From the IMG/VR virus record IMGVR_UViG_3300027586_000024, positions 1-33,742 of that record: a stretch of 33,742 nucleotides of DNA; one strand, written 5' to 3'. Origin of the DNA: a virus (taxonomy: Duplodnaviria > Caudoviricetes). Position 1 is the first letter of the stretch. Each line of letters opens with the position of its first letter. The translations under genes were made by a program, and so were the position numbers. Below are positions 20,601 to 29,955 of this stretch, in pieces. Below the pieces are notes generated by a model, which worked only from the letters and a program-made list of their open reading frames with translations, ran no database searches and had not been told where the DNA came from.

Positions 20601-23600
20601 TTTCTTCCGGAACTTTTGTGATATCATAGGTAAATGACGTACTAGATCCTGATATAATTTTATGTTGTCCATTGTATTGACTTTTATAAACTTGAATTTC
20701 ATTATTTGATAAAACTTCACGATCTTCATTAATTAACTTTTTATTTTCGGGAAGAGTTCCATTATAAATTGGAACTAAATTATAATAGAGTTTTTGTGGT
20801 GTGTTTTTATTAATTGATAGAGAAACTCTTGCATCACTTGTAATTCCAACAGTTCCTACTTTTTGCACATTAAAAAGTTGATCACTAGAGTTGCTATCAT
20901 AATTTTCCGTAAAATTAGAGTCTTTAAAGAATTTTAAATCAAATGCAGGATAACGTGTTGCTTGTTGAGTATATGAAAGAGAAGGATCTGATAAATCAAA
21001 TATAACTAAAGAGTTTCTATATACTTGAATTGGTGGATTGATTGCAGATAATGTTCCATTTGATGCACTAGTAATGCCAACAATCTCGGGTTTTACGTTA
21101 ATAGAATCATAGTAAGTATTAGTAAGTTTAATATTATTAGTATCAACTATATAAATAAAATATTCTTTATCACTCTCAAGCCCAACTGCAGGAACGGATG
21201 CGGTGTGAATTACTTTTTGTCCATTCTCAAATTTATGATTTAAGATTGTAATTGTATTTGTAAGTGTATTAATTCCAGCAGAAATAAAATCTTTTGGATT
21301 TACTAATACTTTTCTAGAATAATCATTATATTTGAAAGTAAATGTGGTTGATATAGATGGATTTACATCAACAAAAACAATATCATTATTTAAAAGTCCA
21401 TGACTTTGTGCGGTAGATACTGTAATAGTATTTTTTGAAATATTTCCTGATAAACTATTATATTTTGTTTTAAAACTATGATTGTTTCCTGTGCCCACAT
21501 TTGTAAAGAATAGAGTTCCCATTTCCCGAGTAGTACTTGCAATTCCAACGAAAGTTCCTCCAGTTCCAATTCCAATTTTAAATGTAGAGATACCAATTAA
21601 ATCATTCGATATTTTTGCAACATAAACTATAGATTGGTCTGAAATTGATACCGAAGTTGATATTCCATTTGTAGAAACTCCAATCGGATTTCCACCATTT
21701 GTAGAGTAAATTAATTCATCACCAGTGTCTAATCGGTGATTTGAAATATAGATAGATTTCGTAGGAATAAAAATTTGTGTAGCACCAGTTCCCGGATTTG
21801 AAAAGATTATGGTAGAACCAATTCCAATTTCCGAACGAGTGCTGAAAGTCACCACAGTTCCAATACCAAGTACATCTGCAACTGTAGATGATGTTCCAAT
21901 TTGAACAAATGTGGATGCAACAGAAACAATTGGTCTAGTTGTAATTGTGCCTGGACCTACTACACTAATAGAACTTACACCAGCAATAATTCCGGTTGTA
22001 TCAACAACAAAAATTATCGTCGACCCAATTCCAACAGGTGAACTAATAGTTGTTGTACGAAAAACTATATTTTTTGCAACAATTGTTCCTAATCCAACAG
22101 CATCAATTGGATTGAAATAATATTCACGATTTATTTTATAATCATACTGTGACCTAAATCCCGAATTTATTGTAAATTTTCTAGAATTCTCATATAAAGG
22201 AGTAGTAATGCTATGAGAAGATCCAACAGTTCCATTTACTGCACGAAGAACTCTAATTCTTGATGATCCTACATCAACATTTAATACTTTAATTTTTTCT
22301 GTTCCTATTCCCAGAATATCATTTTCTCTAATATTTGGATAATTTAAGTTTCCTGCGACAGAAAAATAAGTAACAATTCCAGTTACTGCCGTGCTACCAA
22401 TACTAACGGCAATGCCAATTGTATTTGTTGATATTCCAATTCGATATGATCCTTCAATCAAAGATGATGTTGTATTTAATCCAGAAACAACAACCAAAGC
22501 AGTATTTGTAAAATTATGTGGATTTTCAGAAAATACTAAGAAATTTCCTCGGGGTGTAGTTGGATAAAATTCAACATTAGATATTGAAGTAGTTGCTACA
22601 CTGATTGAATTTACAGATTTTCCGGAAATTCTTTCTATTTCGGCAGAAGCATTGTATCCATCAGTACCTTCATTATCAAATATTAATTTATCTCCAATTT
22701 TATATTCAACACCACCAGAAGTTATGTTTATTGTTTCTATAAAACCTGAAGAAGCATATTTAATGTCTGCGGTCTGATTTAAAAGATTTTGAAGGTCTAC
22801 GTATTGATAAGGAGTGGTAAAAGAATCACTTTCAAGTAAATTATATGGATTAGTATTTCTTGAAAAACTAGTTTGATTTAAATCAAAATCACTTTGATTT
22901 GATGTTTTTTTGAAATTAAATTGATTCGGTTTTGAATTAAAATTATTCCCAATTAAATATGGAAATATTGGTGACTTATATCCATCAAAGGGTCCAGATG
23001 AGTCTGCACCAGAATTATTAATTGTTGCAAAATATGCATATGTTCCATTTGGATATTCTGGAGTGACACAAAATCTTCCATTATTTTTGTCCAATACAGT
23101 TTCATCAGAAACTTGAAAGTGACTATAATCTTGAATAAAAAATCCATTAGGAAATGAAGATAATGAAGGTCTATTTTGTGTCAAATTAAGTCCTGACTTA
23201 AGTTTATATCCAGACTTCATTTGAGATACTATTCCACCTTGTTTTGTGGAGTACCCATATGGACCATAGATTGGATTTCCATCATATGCCCACCCTATAA
23301 TTGGTGAGTGGTCAGTTGATAATACCTCATCATCTCCAATCTTTCTTAAATCTCTTTTTCCATATAAAGTATTTCCATCAGAGTCTGAAGAATAAACAAT
23401 TTCTCTAAGTTTTCTTGGTGCATAAAGATGAGAATATTCCAATTCGAAATTTTCATTAATTCCTTCAGATAAAACTCCATCATCATCGGAGATAATTGAT
23501 AGATTTTTTTCAAAAATATTAACATTCCACGATTGTATTTTTGGATTAAATTCTTCTAAAGATCCTGTAGAAAGAACATCTATTGAAGTAGTGTCTGATA

Positions 23601-26600
23601 CATACTCAATACCAGATTCAATTACCTTTACTTCAATTAATTGACCGTTTTTAATAATTGGAGTAAGTACTGCTCCAAAACCACTTCCATTAATTACTAA
23701 GTTTGGTGGAGAGTTATATTTACTCCCAGAAGAAATTACTAAAATTTCTTTAATTTTTCCATCTGAAATAATAGGAATAACTTTAGCACCAGAACCACTG
23801 TTTAAAGTAACTAAAGGTTGTCTTTTATAATTTAAAATTTCTGATGATCCATAATTGGATCCATTACTTTCTAAATGTATTGAAGTAATTACTCCTCTAA
23901 AAATTGGTTGAACAACTGCTTTAAAATTATTAGAACCAATTGAAGAAATACCAACATTGCCAATCACTTCAACAGAAATTTCAGGATAGTTGAAAGTGTG
24001 AGTTCCAACTCCAACTGAAGTTAAATTGATAAACTGTTTTGTGTTATAGTAAAAATCTCTTAATATTGATCCAGTTCCAATACCCGACAATTTAAAATTA
24101 TTGTCATCGACTTTGGTTAGATAATATTCAGTGCTAGTGGTTAATCCACCAATTACAGATCCATCAGAAGAATAGTTTATGTATTTTATAACTTCTCCTG
24201 ACAGAAATTCATGATTTACAATATTAATTTGATTAATTGATGTATTAATACCTGTTACTGAACTAAAAACTGTTTTTTTCTTATTTTCATATCCAAAACC
24301 AGAATCTTGTATAATGATTGATCCTAAAATAGATTTTTTATTATAAGATCTAAATTCGTGATTTCCAATTCCATACGAAGTTAAATTGACAGTATTAATT
24401 CCAGATATTACGTCACCTAAAGTATTATGCAACTTAATTTCAGTTGGTGATTGTACGAAAACAAAATATGCGGAACCTGTAGAAATACCACCAACTCCTT
24501 TCTGATCACCAGTAATGTAAATTATTTGCTCAGCATTTCTAAATTTGTGATATGTACTGAATCCAATAGTATGATTTGTTAATGATATTTGTGTCGAACT
24601 GCTCTCAGAATTGAAAGATGATTGATGATCGACTAATTTCATTGATGCGTAAGCTAAAGCACCTACACCATTTCCTCCAGTTATCTTAATAGATGGTATT
24701 TCTACATAATCAAATCCAGGATCAATGATTCTTATTTCACTAAGAGAACCTTTTATTGCACAATATCCAGTAGCACCAGATCCCACTGAATCGGTGATTA
24801 ATAATTCTGGTGGATTGATGACATCATAACCTCCACCAGGAGAGGTAACTTCTATTTCATCTAGTTGCCCATAATATACAATATCCTGGGATTTATAATT
24901 TAATATTTCTACACCGTTAATTAAAATTCCAGTAAATCCAGGTTCTGTTGGATATTGTGCTCCATCATTAATAGGGGGGGAAATTTCTCTAAAAAGATTT
25001 TGTGACTTAAGTGTTTTTGATTTAAAGTTATAATATTCAAGTTTATTTGCAGTTACTTTTACTGAACTATCAACAGAAATAAATTTTGAATTGTATATGT
25101 CAGATTTACTTAAAGCAAACTTAATAGTGTTAGAATCTATTCTTTTTACAAAATATATTCCCTCAGCAAACAACTTACTTAAAGTTTGAGAAATTTTAAT
25201 AACATTGCCTTCATTGTCAAATGATTCAGATATTATTTTTTCTGGTGTATAGTAAACTAAATCTCCAGTATAAAACCCGTGATCTTTGGTAGTAGTAATA
25301 TTAAAGGTATCAGAATTAAATGTTCCAGAAAAAATTATTTGTTTTGATGAAACATTTAATGGTTGTTCATTATAATATGGAAGAGATGGTGATGCAACTA
25401 TAGTTTTATTGTTTTGTTTGTATACATTTTGAACATTTGCATTAAAAGCAGAAATGTATGGAAACGTTGGAGAATTTGGTGCTAAAAGATTTTTTTTTAT
25501 TGTATAAGTATCTGTAAGCAACAATTGTCCTTGACCTCTTACATTAAAAGATTTTTTCGAAATAATATCAATTACTGTAGAATTTTTTTCATTACCATTA
25601 CTGTCTATTATTTTTAAACTGTCACCTATTCTGAAAATATGATTTAATTTTATATCAATTCTATAAGTTTTATCAGTATCATCAAGCAAAGAAATTGATT
25701 GAACATTATAAGAGGTTGGAATATTAAAAAACCAATTATTTGAAACTACATCTTCCGAGTTAACTCCTAGAGTTTTAATTTGACAAGTATTACCTTTTTT
25801 AAGATAGTATGAATCACTGATTAAATCAAAATCTTTTATAACTGAAGTAATTCTTACTTTAACAATTTCATCAGAACCCTCAAAAGGTAATTTACGTGCA
25901 TAGGTGCTAATACCAATATATGCAGAATCCTCAATGATTCCTGTAATATTTGAACAATTAAAAAATTGATTTACACTTTTTGATTCATATCCTATAGTAC
26001 CCTGTGTTTGATCGTTATATGTGACATACAGGTTTCCACTATTTGGAAATCCTACAGTTGAATCAACATCTAGAGTTGTAAGTCCACCAGTATAATCGGT
26101 AGTTATATTAATATTTGCTCCCATTCCATTATGAAGTGAGCAATTGTATTTTATTGTTTCATCTGGAGCATTTATATTAATAATTAAATCAACAAAAGAT
26201 CCTGCTTCGCCAGCAACCCCATTGCCAGATACAATATAATATAGTGAAGAAAGAGAACCTCCAGAAGTTGTTTGAAATATAAGAATATGTCCACTATTGG
26301 AAGAATCTGATGTATCAAATCTATATGTATTTCCTTTTACTAAAGTCAACTGTTGTTGAGTTATTCTATTAATTGCCCAAACTTTATTGGGTGGTGGTGT
26401 TCCTGGATTTACTACACTAGTTACTATAAAAGATCTTACACCATATCGACCAATTACTTTAGTCTGTGGGTGAACTTTAAATTCTCCATGTAACGCACCA
26501 TCGAATAGTATATCTTTATTATATCCAGAATCTATACTAAGTTTATAGTATTCTTTTCCATCTCTAGAAACTATTTTTTCTACCTTTGCAATTGATGCAT

Positions 26601-27420
26601 ATGCTTTTGTAAAATCTGAATATTCATCTTGAATTAAGGTACAGTTTAATAAATTTTCTGGATTTCCTTCAATACTTTCTACAACCAAATCTTTTGTTAT
26701 CTCATAATGTGCATCGGAAGGTCTAAAAAGATATTCTTTTGGTTTTATAATACTTACGTCTTTTCCATAAAGAGATCTGAATAAAATTTCAAAGGATTCA
26801 TCCGTACCTTTACTTCTGTAAAAATCTTTTGATTGTTTAATGAATATTGAATCATTTAAATTTTCATATAACTTCCTATTTTCAAATCCTGGAGTCAACT
26901 GATATTTGATTTTAGATAAAAATTCTTTTAAAAATAAAGAACTTAAATTAATAATAGTATCTCCTACAGAATGATTTGTCGATTCTGATTCAGTAAATAC
27001 TAATTTATCAGAATTATTTTGAGTTTTAAGAGAATCAATACCACTAAACCCTCTTATACATCCAGTAAAAGAATTAAAGGTTTTTCCAGTATAAGTAATT
27101 ATTTCATTATTAATTTTTAATAAACCATATTTCTCAGGAAATCCATCAGTTCCAGTAAGAGAACTCGATATTTCTACAGGTATTACATCGTCAAAACTTG
27201 TAATATTATTACCTAATATTACAGAATCAATTTGATGAGTTACTTCATCAAGTTTAACATACTTATCAATATTTTGAATTAGATCAATAGGTGCGCCTTG
27301 AAACTCTTGAGCACGATAATATTGAGAAAGAAACTCCGAAACTAATGGAAACTCCTCCCTAACATATGCAGGGAGTTGATTAAAAATTATATTACTAAAC
27401 TGAATTCTCTTTTCTGTCAT
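14677..27420 (-). CDS. gp7: Giant baseplate wedge initiator protein, 4247 aa, multi-domain
   Basis: Between gp6 and gp8; QLPAYVREEFP..FLSQYY, KDFYRSKGTDESFEILFRSLYG, YHYH-like HSPIIGWAYDGNPIYGPYG / LDKNNGRFCVTPEYPNGTYAYF, IQDNDYYQNFSYSIKS..LNHTTGFKKF motifs; many NxGxGY repeats. Confidence 0.85.
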   Translation of the reverse strand: MTEKRIQFSNIIFNQLPAYVREEFPLVSEFLSQYYRAQEFQGAPIDLIQNIDKYVKLDEVTHQIDSVILGNNITSFDDVIPVEISSSLTGTDGFPEKYGLLKINNEIITYTGKTFNSFTGCIRGFSGIDSLKTQNNSDKLVFTESESTNHSVGDTIINLSSLFLKEFLSKIKYQLTPGFENRKLYENLNDSIFIKQSKDFYRSKGTDESFEILFRSLYGKDVSIIKPKEYLFRPSDAHYEITKDLVVESIEGNPENLLNCTLIQDEYSDFTKAYASIAKVEKIVSRDGKEYYKLSIDSGYNKDILFDGALHGEFKVHPQTKVIGRYGVRSFIVTSVVNPGTPPPNKVWAINRITQQQLTLVKGNTYRFDTSDSSNSGHILIFQTTSGGSLSSLYYIVSGNGVAGEAGSFVDLIININAPDETIKYNCSLHNGMGANINITTDYTGGLTTLDVDSTVGFPNSGNLYVTYNDQTQGTIGYESKSVNQFFNCSNITGIIEDSAYIGISTYARKLPFEGSDEIVKVRITSVIKDFDLISDSYYLKKGNTCQIKTLGVNSEDVVSNNWFFNIPTSYNVQSISLLDDTDKTYRIDIKLNHIFRIGDSLKIIDSNGNEKNSTVIDIISKKSFNVRGQGQLLLTDTYTIKKNLLAPNSPTFPYISAFNANVQNVYKQNNKTIVASPSLPYYNEQPLNVSSKQIIFSGTFNSDTFNITTTKDHGFYTGDLVYYTPEKIISESFDNEGNVIKISQTLSKLFAEGIYFVKRIDSNTIKFALSKSDIYNSKFISVDSSVKVTANKLEYYNFKSKTLKSQNLFREISPPINDGAQYPTEPGFTGILINGVEILNYKSQDIVYYGQLDEIEVTSPGGGYDVINPPELLITDSVGSGATGYCAIKGSLSEIRIIDPGFDYVEIPSIKITGGNGVGALAYASMKLVDHQSSFNSESSSTQISLTNHTIGFSTYHKFRNAEQIIYITGDQKGVGGISTGSAYFVFVQSPTEIKLHNTLGDVISGINTVNLTSYGIGNHEFRSYNKKSILGSIIIQDSGFGYENKKKTVFSSVTGINTSINQINIVNHEFLSGEVIKYINYSSDGSVIGGLTTSTEYYLTKVDDNNFKLSGIGTGSILRDFYYNTKQFINLTSVGVGTHTFNYPEISVEVIGNVGISSIGSNNFKAVVQPIFRGVITSIHLESNGSNYGSSEILNYKRQPLVTLNSGSGAKVIPIISDGKIKEILVISSGSKYNSPPNLVINGSGFGAVLTPIIKNGQLIEVKVIESGIEYVSDTTSIDVLSTGSLEEFNPKIQSWNVNIFEKNLSIISDDDGVLSEGINENFELEYSHLYAPRKLREIVYSSDSDGNTLYGKRDLRKIGDDEVLSTDHSPIIGWAYDGNPIYGPYGYSTKQGGIVSQMKSGYKLKSGLNLTQNRPSLSSFPNGFFIQDYSHFQVSDETVLDKNNGRFCVTPEYPNGTYAYFATINNSGADSSGPFDGYKSPIFPYLIGNNFNSKPNQFNFKKTSNQSDFDLNQTSFSRNTNPYNLLESDSFTTPYQYVDLQNLLNQTADIKYASSGFIETINITSGGVEYKIGDKLIFDNEGTDGYNASAEIERISGKSVNSISVATTSISNVEFYPTTPRGNFLVFSENPHNFTNTALVVVSGLNTTSSLIEGSYRIGISTNTIGIAVSIGSTAVTGIVTYFSVAGNLNYPNIRENDILGIGTEKIKVLNVDVGSSRIRVLRAVNGTVGSSHSITTPLYENSRKFTINSGFRSQYDYKINREYYFNPIDAVGLGTIVAKNIVFRTTTISSPVGIGSTIIFVVDTTGIIAGVSSISVVGPGTITTRPIVSVASTFVQIGTSSTVADVLGIGTVVTFSTRSEIGIGSTIIFSNPGTGATQIFIPTKSIYISNHRLDTGDELIYSTNGGNPIGVSTNGISTSVSISDQSIVYVAKISNDLIGISTFKIGIGTGGTFVGIASTTREMGTLFFTNVGTGNNHSFKTKYNSLSGNISKNTITVSTAQSHGLLNNDIVFVDVNPSISTTFTFKYNDYSRKVLVNPKDFISAGINTLTNTITILNHKFENGQKVIHTASVPAVGLESDKEYFIYIVDTNNIKLTNTYYDSINVKPEIVGITSASNGTLSAINPPIQVYRNSLVIFDLSDPSLSYTQQATRYPAFDLKFFKDSNFTENYDSNSSDQLFNVQKVGTVGITSDARVSLSINKNTPQKLYYNLVPIYNGTLPENKKLINEDREVLSNNEIQVYKSQYNGQHKIISGSSTSFTYDITKVPEENLYTSGISSIKYETSSLNANGPISKIKITNKGLNYFSIPQISNIISRTGIGAILEPSSTSIGKINSVKINDIGFDFPSDLTMRPSVVVPQVMRIDPLSCFESIGISSFGRGYTSAPKIIVLDGKTGKIASDADLKYTLSNTQVQILKNTFGLNNVAPTILPIQNSNGVDISSVGFNTSNKNVTITLSVGFSTVNSFPFAVNDKVLIENVSVGVGSTGKGYNSENYNYQLFTLTSVTENLGGLGGSVVYNLNEFLAGSEFPGNFDSENSSGKIISQKHFPIFNVVLKKNDYLIGENVTSESATGIVEGWNPKSNFVTILSKKNFKLGEVIKGSSSRTQGVVSEIAKFDAFFNLDATSRFLHGNQSDAGVLNSSIQRIQDNDYYQNFSYSIKSTVDFDTWNDVVSSLNHTTGFKKFSDFQLETPSTFAEITSNSLNINLPSDLTFIDVISDIISVVNLNCVYDFDLVKENSLQIGSQIFSNEIIFSNRVLQDYAESVGNRVLTIDDISHQFNSNPRPTRFSEISRFNLTSVKSQKYFIYVSDKRYSRERQFLIITSLIDNVGNIFLNQYARVESTYDMGSFDFIIDGTEGVLQFFPTKFSINDFNISSLSYNIEDSHSGIGSTTFGSIVDIRSSSVVVSAGTTTTIIGIANTYRSMKVLVSISSSTTNQYEFDELNIIHDGTNVEFLEYGQLTNHSLNLYSSTGLGTYYPYLSGGQLKVDFIPNSQVTTTVNVSTTQVAFAATSTVGAVNHDIKHARLEGKSTSIASTSTPTPVGISSYPDAYDSAYFIVQISDNTNNVHQLSEIIVVDDNTNEIDVQPNVYVTEYGVVNTLSGLGTIGVQRTSSIVELTFKPLANIAVDVKVYLNALRHQDDDKDITDFIDSKVQTNFGTYEGTDSAIKRAFDITYKNDPIFEKYFVGSASTVIDTNLNVISVSNHFFVTGEQVEYTYAGEGTTQAIGIASTSFAGIGITDKLPKNVYIVKVDANNVKLARSAEDALKDIPKTLDIVSVGIGTSHRFVSTNQNARVILALDNVIQSPIVSTATTTTLSTNVFTTDDKIFLNQVTSFFGGDLIKIGNEVMRVDGVGIGSTNAIQVRRPRLGTSVAGYPTGFLVTKVTGNYNIIDNVLNFVEAPFGNLPFSSTTNRSDERDWVGISTGSSFQGRSFIRSGVTNSSEETYSKNYIFDDISAGFNGIGKTFTLKSNGVNVSDVSTKNAVILINDVFQGPGSTYNYTLSESVGITSITFTGTATSVSYDVNNASIPRGGIIVSVGSTGGFGYQPLVSAGGTAAVSVAGTISAISIGNSGSGYRSGAQVVKVGVALSSTSTPTIEFIGTASVSNGRIVSIAITNPGTGYTSTNPPYVIFDDPLSYSNIPLIYSSGSSGVGTQAKVNIVVGQGSSIIDFEIINTGYGYGDNQILTVPIGGIIGIPTTGSSFNEFQLTIQKTFADKFTGWSIGELQVLDPLDFEFNGQTVAFQLKLSGDLISVRSARGSNINIQDTLLVFINDILQVPGKGYTFPGGTIITFAEPPKIGDTSKIIFYRGSGSVDVVDVNILETVKVGDELTINYDSYRGQLPGLQEEERTVTRIDSTDLVKTNPYFGPGNVNDETLERPVTWCRQTEDKIINEIQIGKDRILYEAGITPTSYLIQSVGIGSTILYVDNIRPFFNPINETISTNPNSLAFQNSVVIISQNDKVGASATAIVSTAGTVTSIVISNGGVGYTTTPTVSISQPIGFGTTAAQNTTLTSVTVSEGVVTGIAVTFGGGGYISTTPPQVLIESPSTIKETVGVASYTGDSGVIVGFGTTATGIIFDFYIPTNSYLRDASIAGTALTVSGIGTGDYFLVYDSNIGFATTSITSRDTSNNIIGIGTNFINNVYQVKSVSNVSVANTAIGIATVGSATTTVRRVSAIVSGISTISGYLGVGIGTTSISFGNFSWGKIELTSRSKENTYNFYGNVGVGGISTSGVVKRTLPLKF

Positions 27421-27440
27421 TTTTTTGATTTATTTTTTTA

Positions 27441-29534
27441 TTAATATCCTGAAGAATATGATGGTCCAGAAGGTGCTGATGGTGCTGAAGATGTTGTAGA
27501 TGAAGATGTTGTAGATGAAGATGTTGCAGATGAAGATGTTGTAAATGAAGATGAGGTTGAAAATGGTGTAGCAACTACCGCACCTGCAGCAACTCCCCCA
27601 ATTTCATTTGTTGGACGAACTAAAAGACCATTTACATAACTTGAAGATTGAATATAACTGGATGCAGATGGATCAAGTCCTGAAGAAATACTATCAACAA
27701 CCATTTCAAAAGTACTACTTCCAATATCTAATTGCAAATATAAATCTTGTAATCCAATCACATCATTTGAATGAGGAGTTGTAGAAATTTCAAGAATTGT
27801 TTGTCCATCTTTTATTTTTCCTGCTTGAATATTTATTGGGTTTAAAGTTATTATACCTTTCTTATAATTTACATTACCTATATTTCTTCTTACTATTGTT
27901 GGAGTTGTTGAATTTATTGAGGGTATTGTAAATAAAAATAAAGATCCAACTTCTCTGTTTGTATTTGGAATATCTGAGATATAAACAATTTGTGAGGTAG
28001 ATGATTCTCGAAACGCAGAAGATTTAATGTTATAACCATTCATGCTATTAATATGAAACTCATTTCCAAAACCAATTTGATATTCAGTAAATGTGTTTAG
28101 TACAACTCTTAAATCTCTCCTCATCTGTATTGTTGTAATATTTGAAGTTACTGCATCATTACTTTCATCAATAATTTTTAAGAATTTACTATATTTAAAT
28201 CTTGCTCCGTACTTATTCAACTCAGTTGACTCTGCATATTTTTTAGTGTTATTTTGAATGATACTTGATACATATTCAGCACTTGGTGCAAAATTAGTAT
28301 TGTAATAAACTTTGGAATTTATTTCAAGATAAATATATTTTAAATCTAAAATCTCAGGAACAATCCCTGCAACCGCATATTTTTTAAGATCACGTTTGAT
28401 ATTTTCTTTAACTAAATTTGGTAAAAAATCACCTGATCTTGGTTTAATACTTATAAAGACTTTACCATATTGTGGTGGAATTAAATCTTCTCCACCAAAT
28501 ACCGAAATAGATTCAGTTTCTTCATAAATTTTTGCAGGAATTAATGTTTCATAATCGTTTGCCGTAAGTGCTCTATTTTGAGATGCATATATTCTTGGAG
28601 CATATCTTTTAATGGATTCTATTGGCTCAATATTTTCTCCACCTGATGCAATTAATCCAGTGGTTAACAATGAAATTCCTGAAGTAACTGTGTATTCTAT
28701 AGAGTTTCGATTGTATGTAATTCTTCCTGCAAATGTAAATTGACTTATGCCATTTGCACTATCACCATTTGAAGTGATGTATCCAACTTCAATAAAGTTT
28801 CCCTCTTCAAGTTTCTTGCCAAAAATTCCATCACCAAAAATAAGTTCATATCTTTCATCTTCAATTTCTTGTAGAAAGAAAACTTTAGAGTCTTGATTGA
28901 TTTGAAAAAGACTATCTTGACGATTATATTTTGTTGAACTTGTACTCTGTTCATTAGTTTTTATTAATACAGAAATCAAATCAGTATCAATACCACTATT
29001 TGGTAAAATAAATCTTTGATTTAGATTTCTAGAACTATAAGTAAAATTATTTACTAAACGATTTCCTTGATAAACCTTAAGATTATTAAAAGTTGCTATA
29101 TTATTAAAGACCGGAACCGTTATATCTTCTAAAATACAGAACACATAGGACTGATTACCAAAGTCACCCGCAGTGCTTGCTACAGTCCCTTTATGGAGGG
29201 TTAGAGAGGATGGTACGGGTGTTATGCTAGATGTATCGACAAAGAAGCTTACTGTTGCTTGTGCTGCTTTTCTTGAACGTGGGATATATCCAATATTTCT
29301 TGCAAGTGCTACGACATTTTCTCTAAGAGTAGCACTATCAATAAAAACTTCATTTGCCACCATATTTGCATTATATGATGTGATGTAGGTGTTATATGCC
29401 AACACATCAAGAATAGACGATAGATTAGATCCTTCAAAATCATAATCCGTGAAATTAGAATTAGATTTTAAATAATCTCTAAGACTGGTTTTTATCTGAT
29501 CGAAATCTAGATTTGAAAAATTTGCTAATGGCAT
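27441..29534 (-). CDS. gp6: Baseplate wedge subunit with Ser/Thr-rich C-terminal tail
   Basis: LDFDQIK, FTDYDFEGSNLS.ILDVLAYNTY, E.FIDSATLRENVVALAR.IGY.P.S, FGDGIFGKK, QNRALTANDY, PPQYGKVFISIKP motifs. Confidence 0.94.
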   Translation of the reverse strand: MPLANFSNLDFDQIKTSLRDYLKSNSNFTDYDFEGSNLSSILDVLAYNTYITSYNANMVANEVFIDSATLRENVVALARNIGYIPRSRKAAQATVSFFVDTSSITPVPSSLTLHKGTVASTAGDFGNQSYVFCILEDITVPVFNNIATFNNLKVYQGNRLVNNFTYSSRNLNQRFILPNSGIDTDLISVLIKTNEQSTSSTKYNRQDSLFQINQDSKVFFLQEIEDERYELIFGDGIFGKKLEEGNFIEVGYITSNGDSANGISQFTFAGRITYNRNSIEYTVTSGISLLTTGLIASGGENIEPIESIKRYAPRIYASQNRALTANDYETLIPAKIYEETESISVFGGEDLIPPQYGKVFISIKPRSGDFLPNLVKENIKRDLKKYAVAGIVPEILDLKYIYLEINSKVYYNTNFAPSAEYVSSIIQNNTKKYAESTELNKYGARFKYSKFLKIIDESNDAVTSNITTIQMRRDLRVVLNTFTEYQIGFGNEFHINSMNGYNIKSSAFRESSTSQIVYISDIPNTNREVGSLFLFTIPSINSTTPTIVRRNIGNVNYKKGIITLNPINIQAGKIKDGQTILEISTTPHSNDVIGLQDLYLQLDIGSSTFEMVVDSISSGLDPSASSYIQSSSYVNGLLVRPTNEIGGVAAGAVVATPFSTSSSFTTSSSATSSSTTSSSTTSSAPSAPSGPSYSSGY
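27486..27560. repeat. 15 bp tandem repeat (TGAAGATGTTGTAGA) x ~5 encoding STTSS units
   Basis: Units at 27486, 27501, 27516, 27531, 27546. Confidence 0.9.
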
Positions 29535-29936
29535 TTATCTTGTTGGTTGCAAAACGAACTCTAATTGTTGTGCTGGAATATCGGCACCAACGACATTATA
29601 AACAATAACTACATTAAAACCATTATTATCATAATCAGGAATAGTTTTAACATCAATTAATATTACTCTTGTTTCAAAGTTATTAATTGAATTTTTAATT
29701 TCGTCTCTAATAATTGATGCAGAAATTTGATCAACATTTTCAAATAATGATCTGGATATTTTAGAACCAAAATTTTCATTAAAGAATTTTTCACCGGGAA
29801 GGGTAAATACAATATTTCGTATTGAACGAGCAATTGCAGATTCATTTTTAAGGGCAATCAGATCACTATTTAGAGGGTTACTCTGAAATGTCATACTGAT
29901 GTCTTTAAAACCTTGACTTACCCTTTCTAAAGGCAT
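29535..29936 (-). CDS. gp25: Baseplate wedge subunit / sheath initiator (GPW/gp25 family)
   Basis: FKDISMTF..NP...DL..LKNE.AI.RSIRNIVFT.PGEKFFNENFGS motif; directly upstream of gp6. Confidence 0.92.
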   Translation of the reverse strand: MPLERVSQGFKDISMTFQSNPLNSDLIALKNESAIARSIRNIVFTLPGEKFFNENFGSKISRSLFENVDQISASIIRDEIKNSINNFETRVILIDVKTIPDYDNNGFNVVIVYNVVGADIPAQQLEFVLQPTR

Positions 29937-29955
29937 TGATTATTACAATTCTATC

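Noticed and set aside
14677-27420. Intein or intron explaining the size of gp7
   Set aside because: No intein splice-junction or homing-endonuclease motifs seen; size is explained by repeated beta domains
27486-27560. CRISPR-like array
   Set aside because: Contiguous 15 bp coding tandem repeat without spacers; no cas genes
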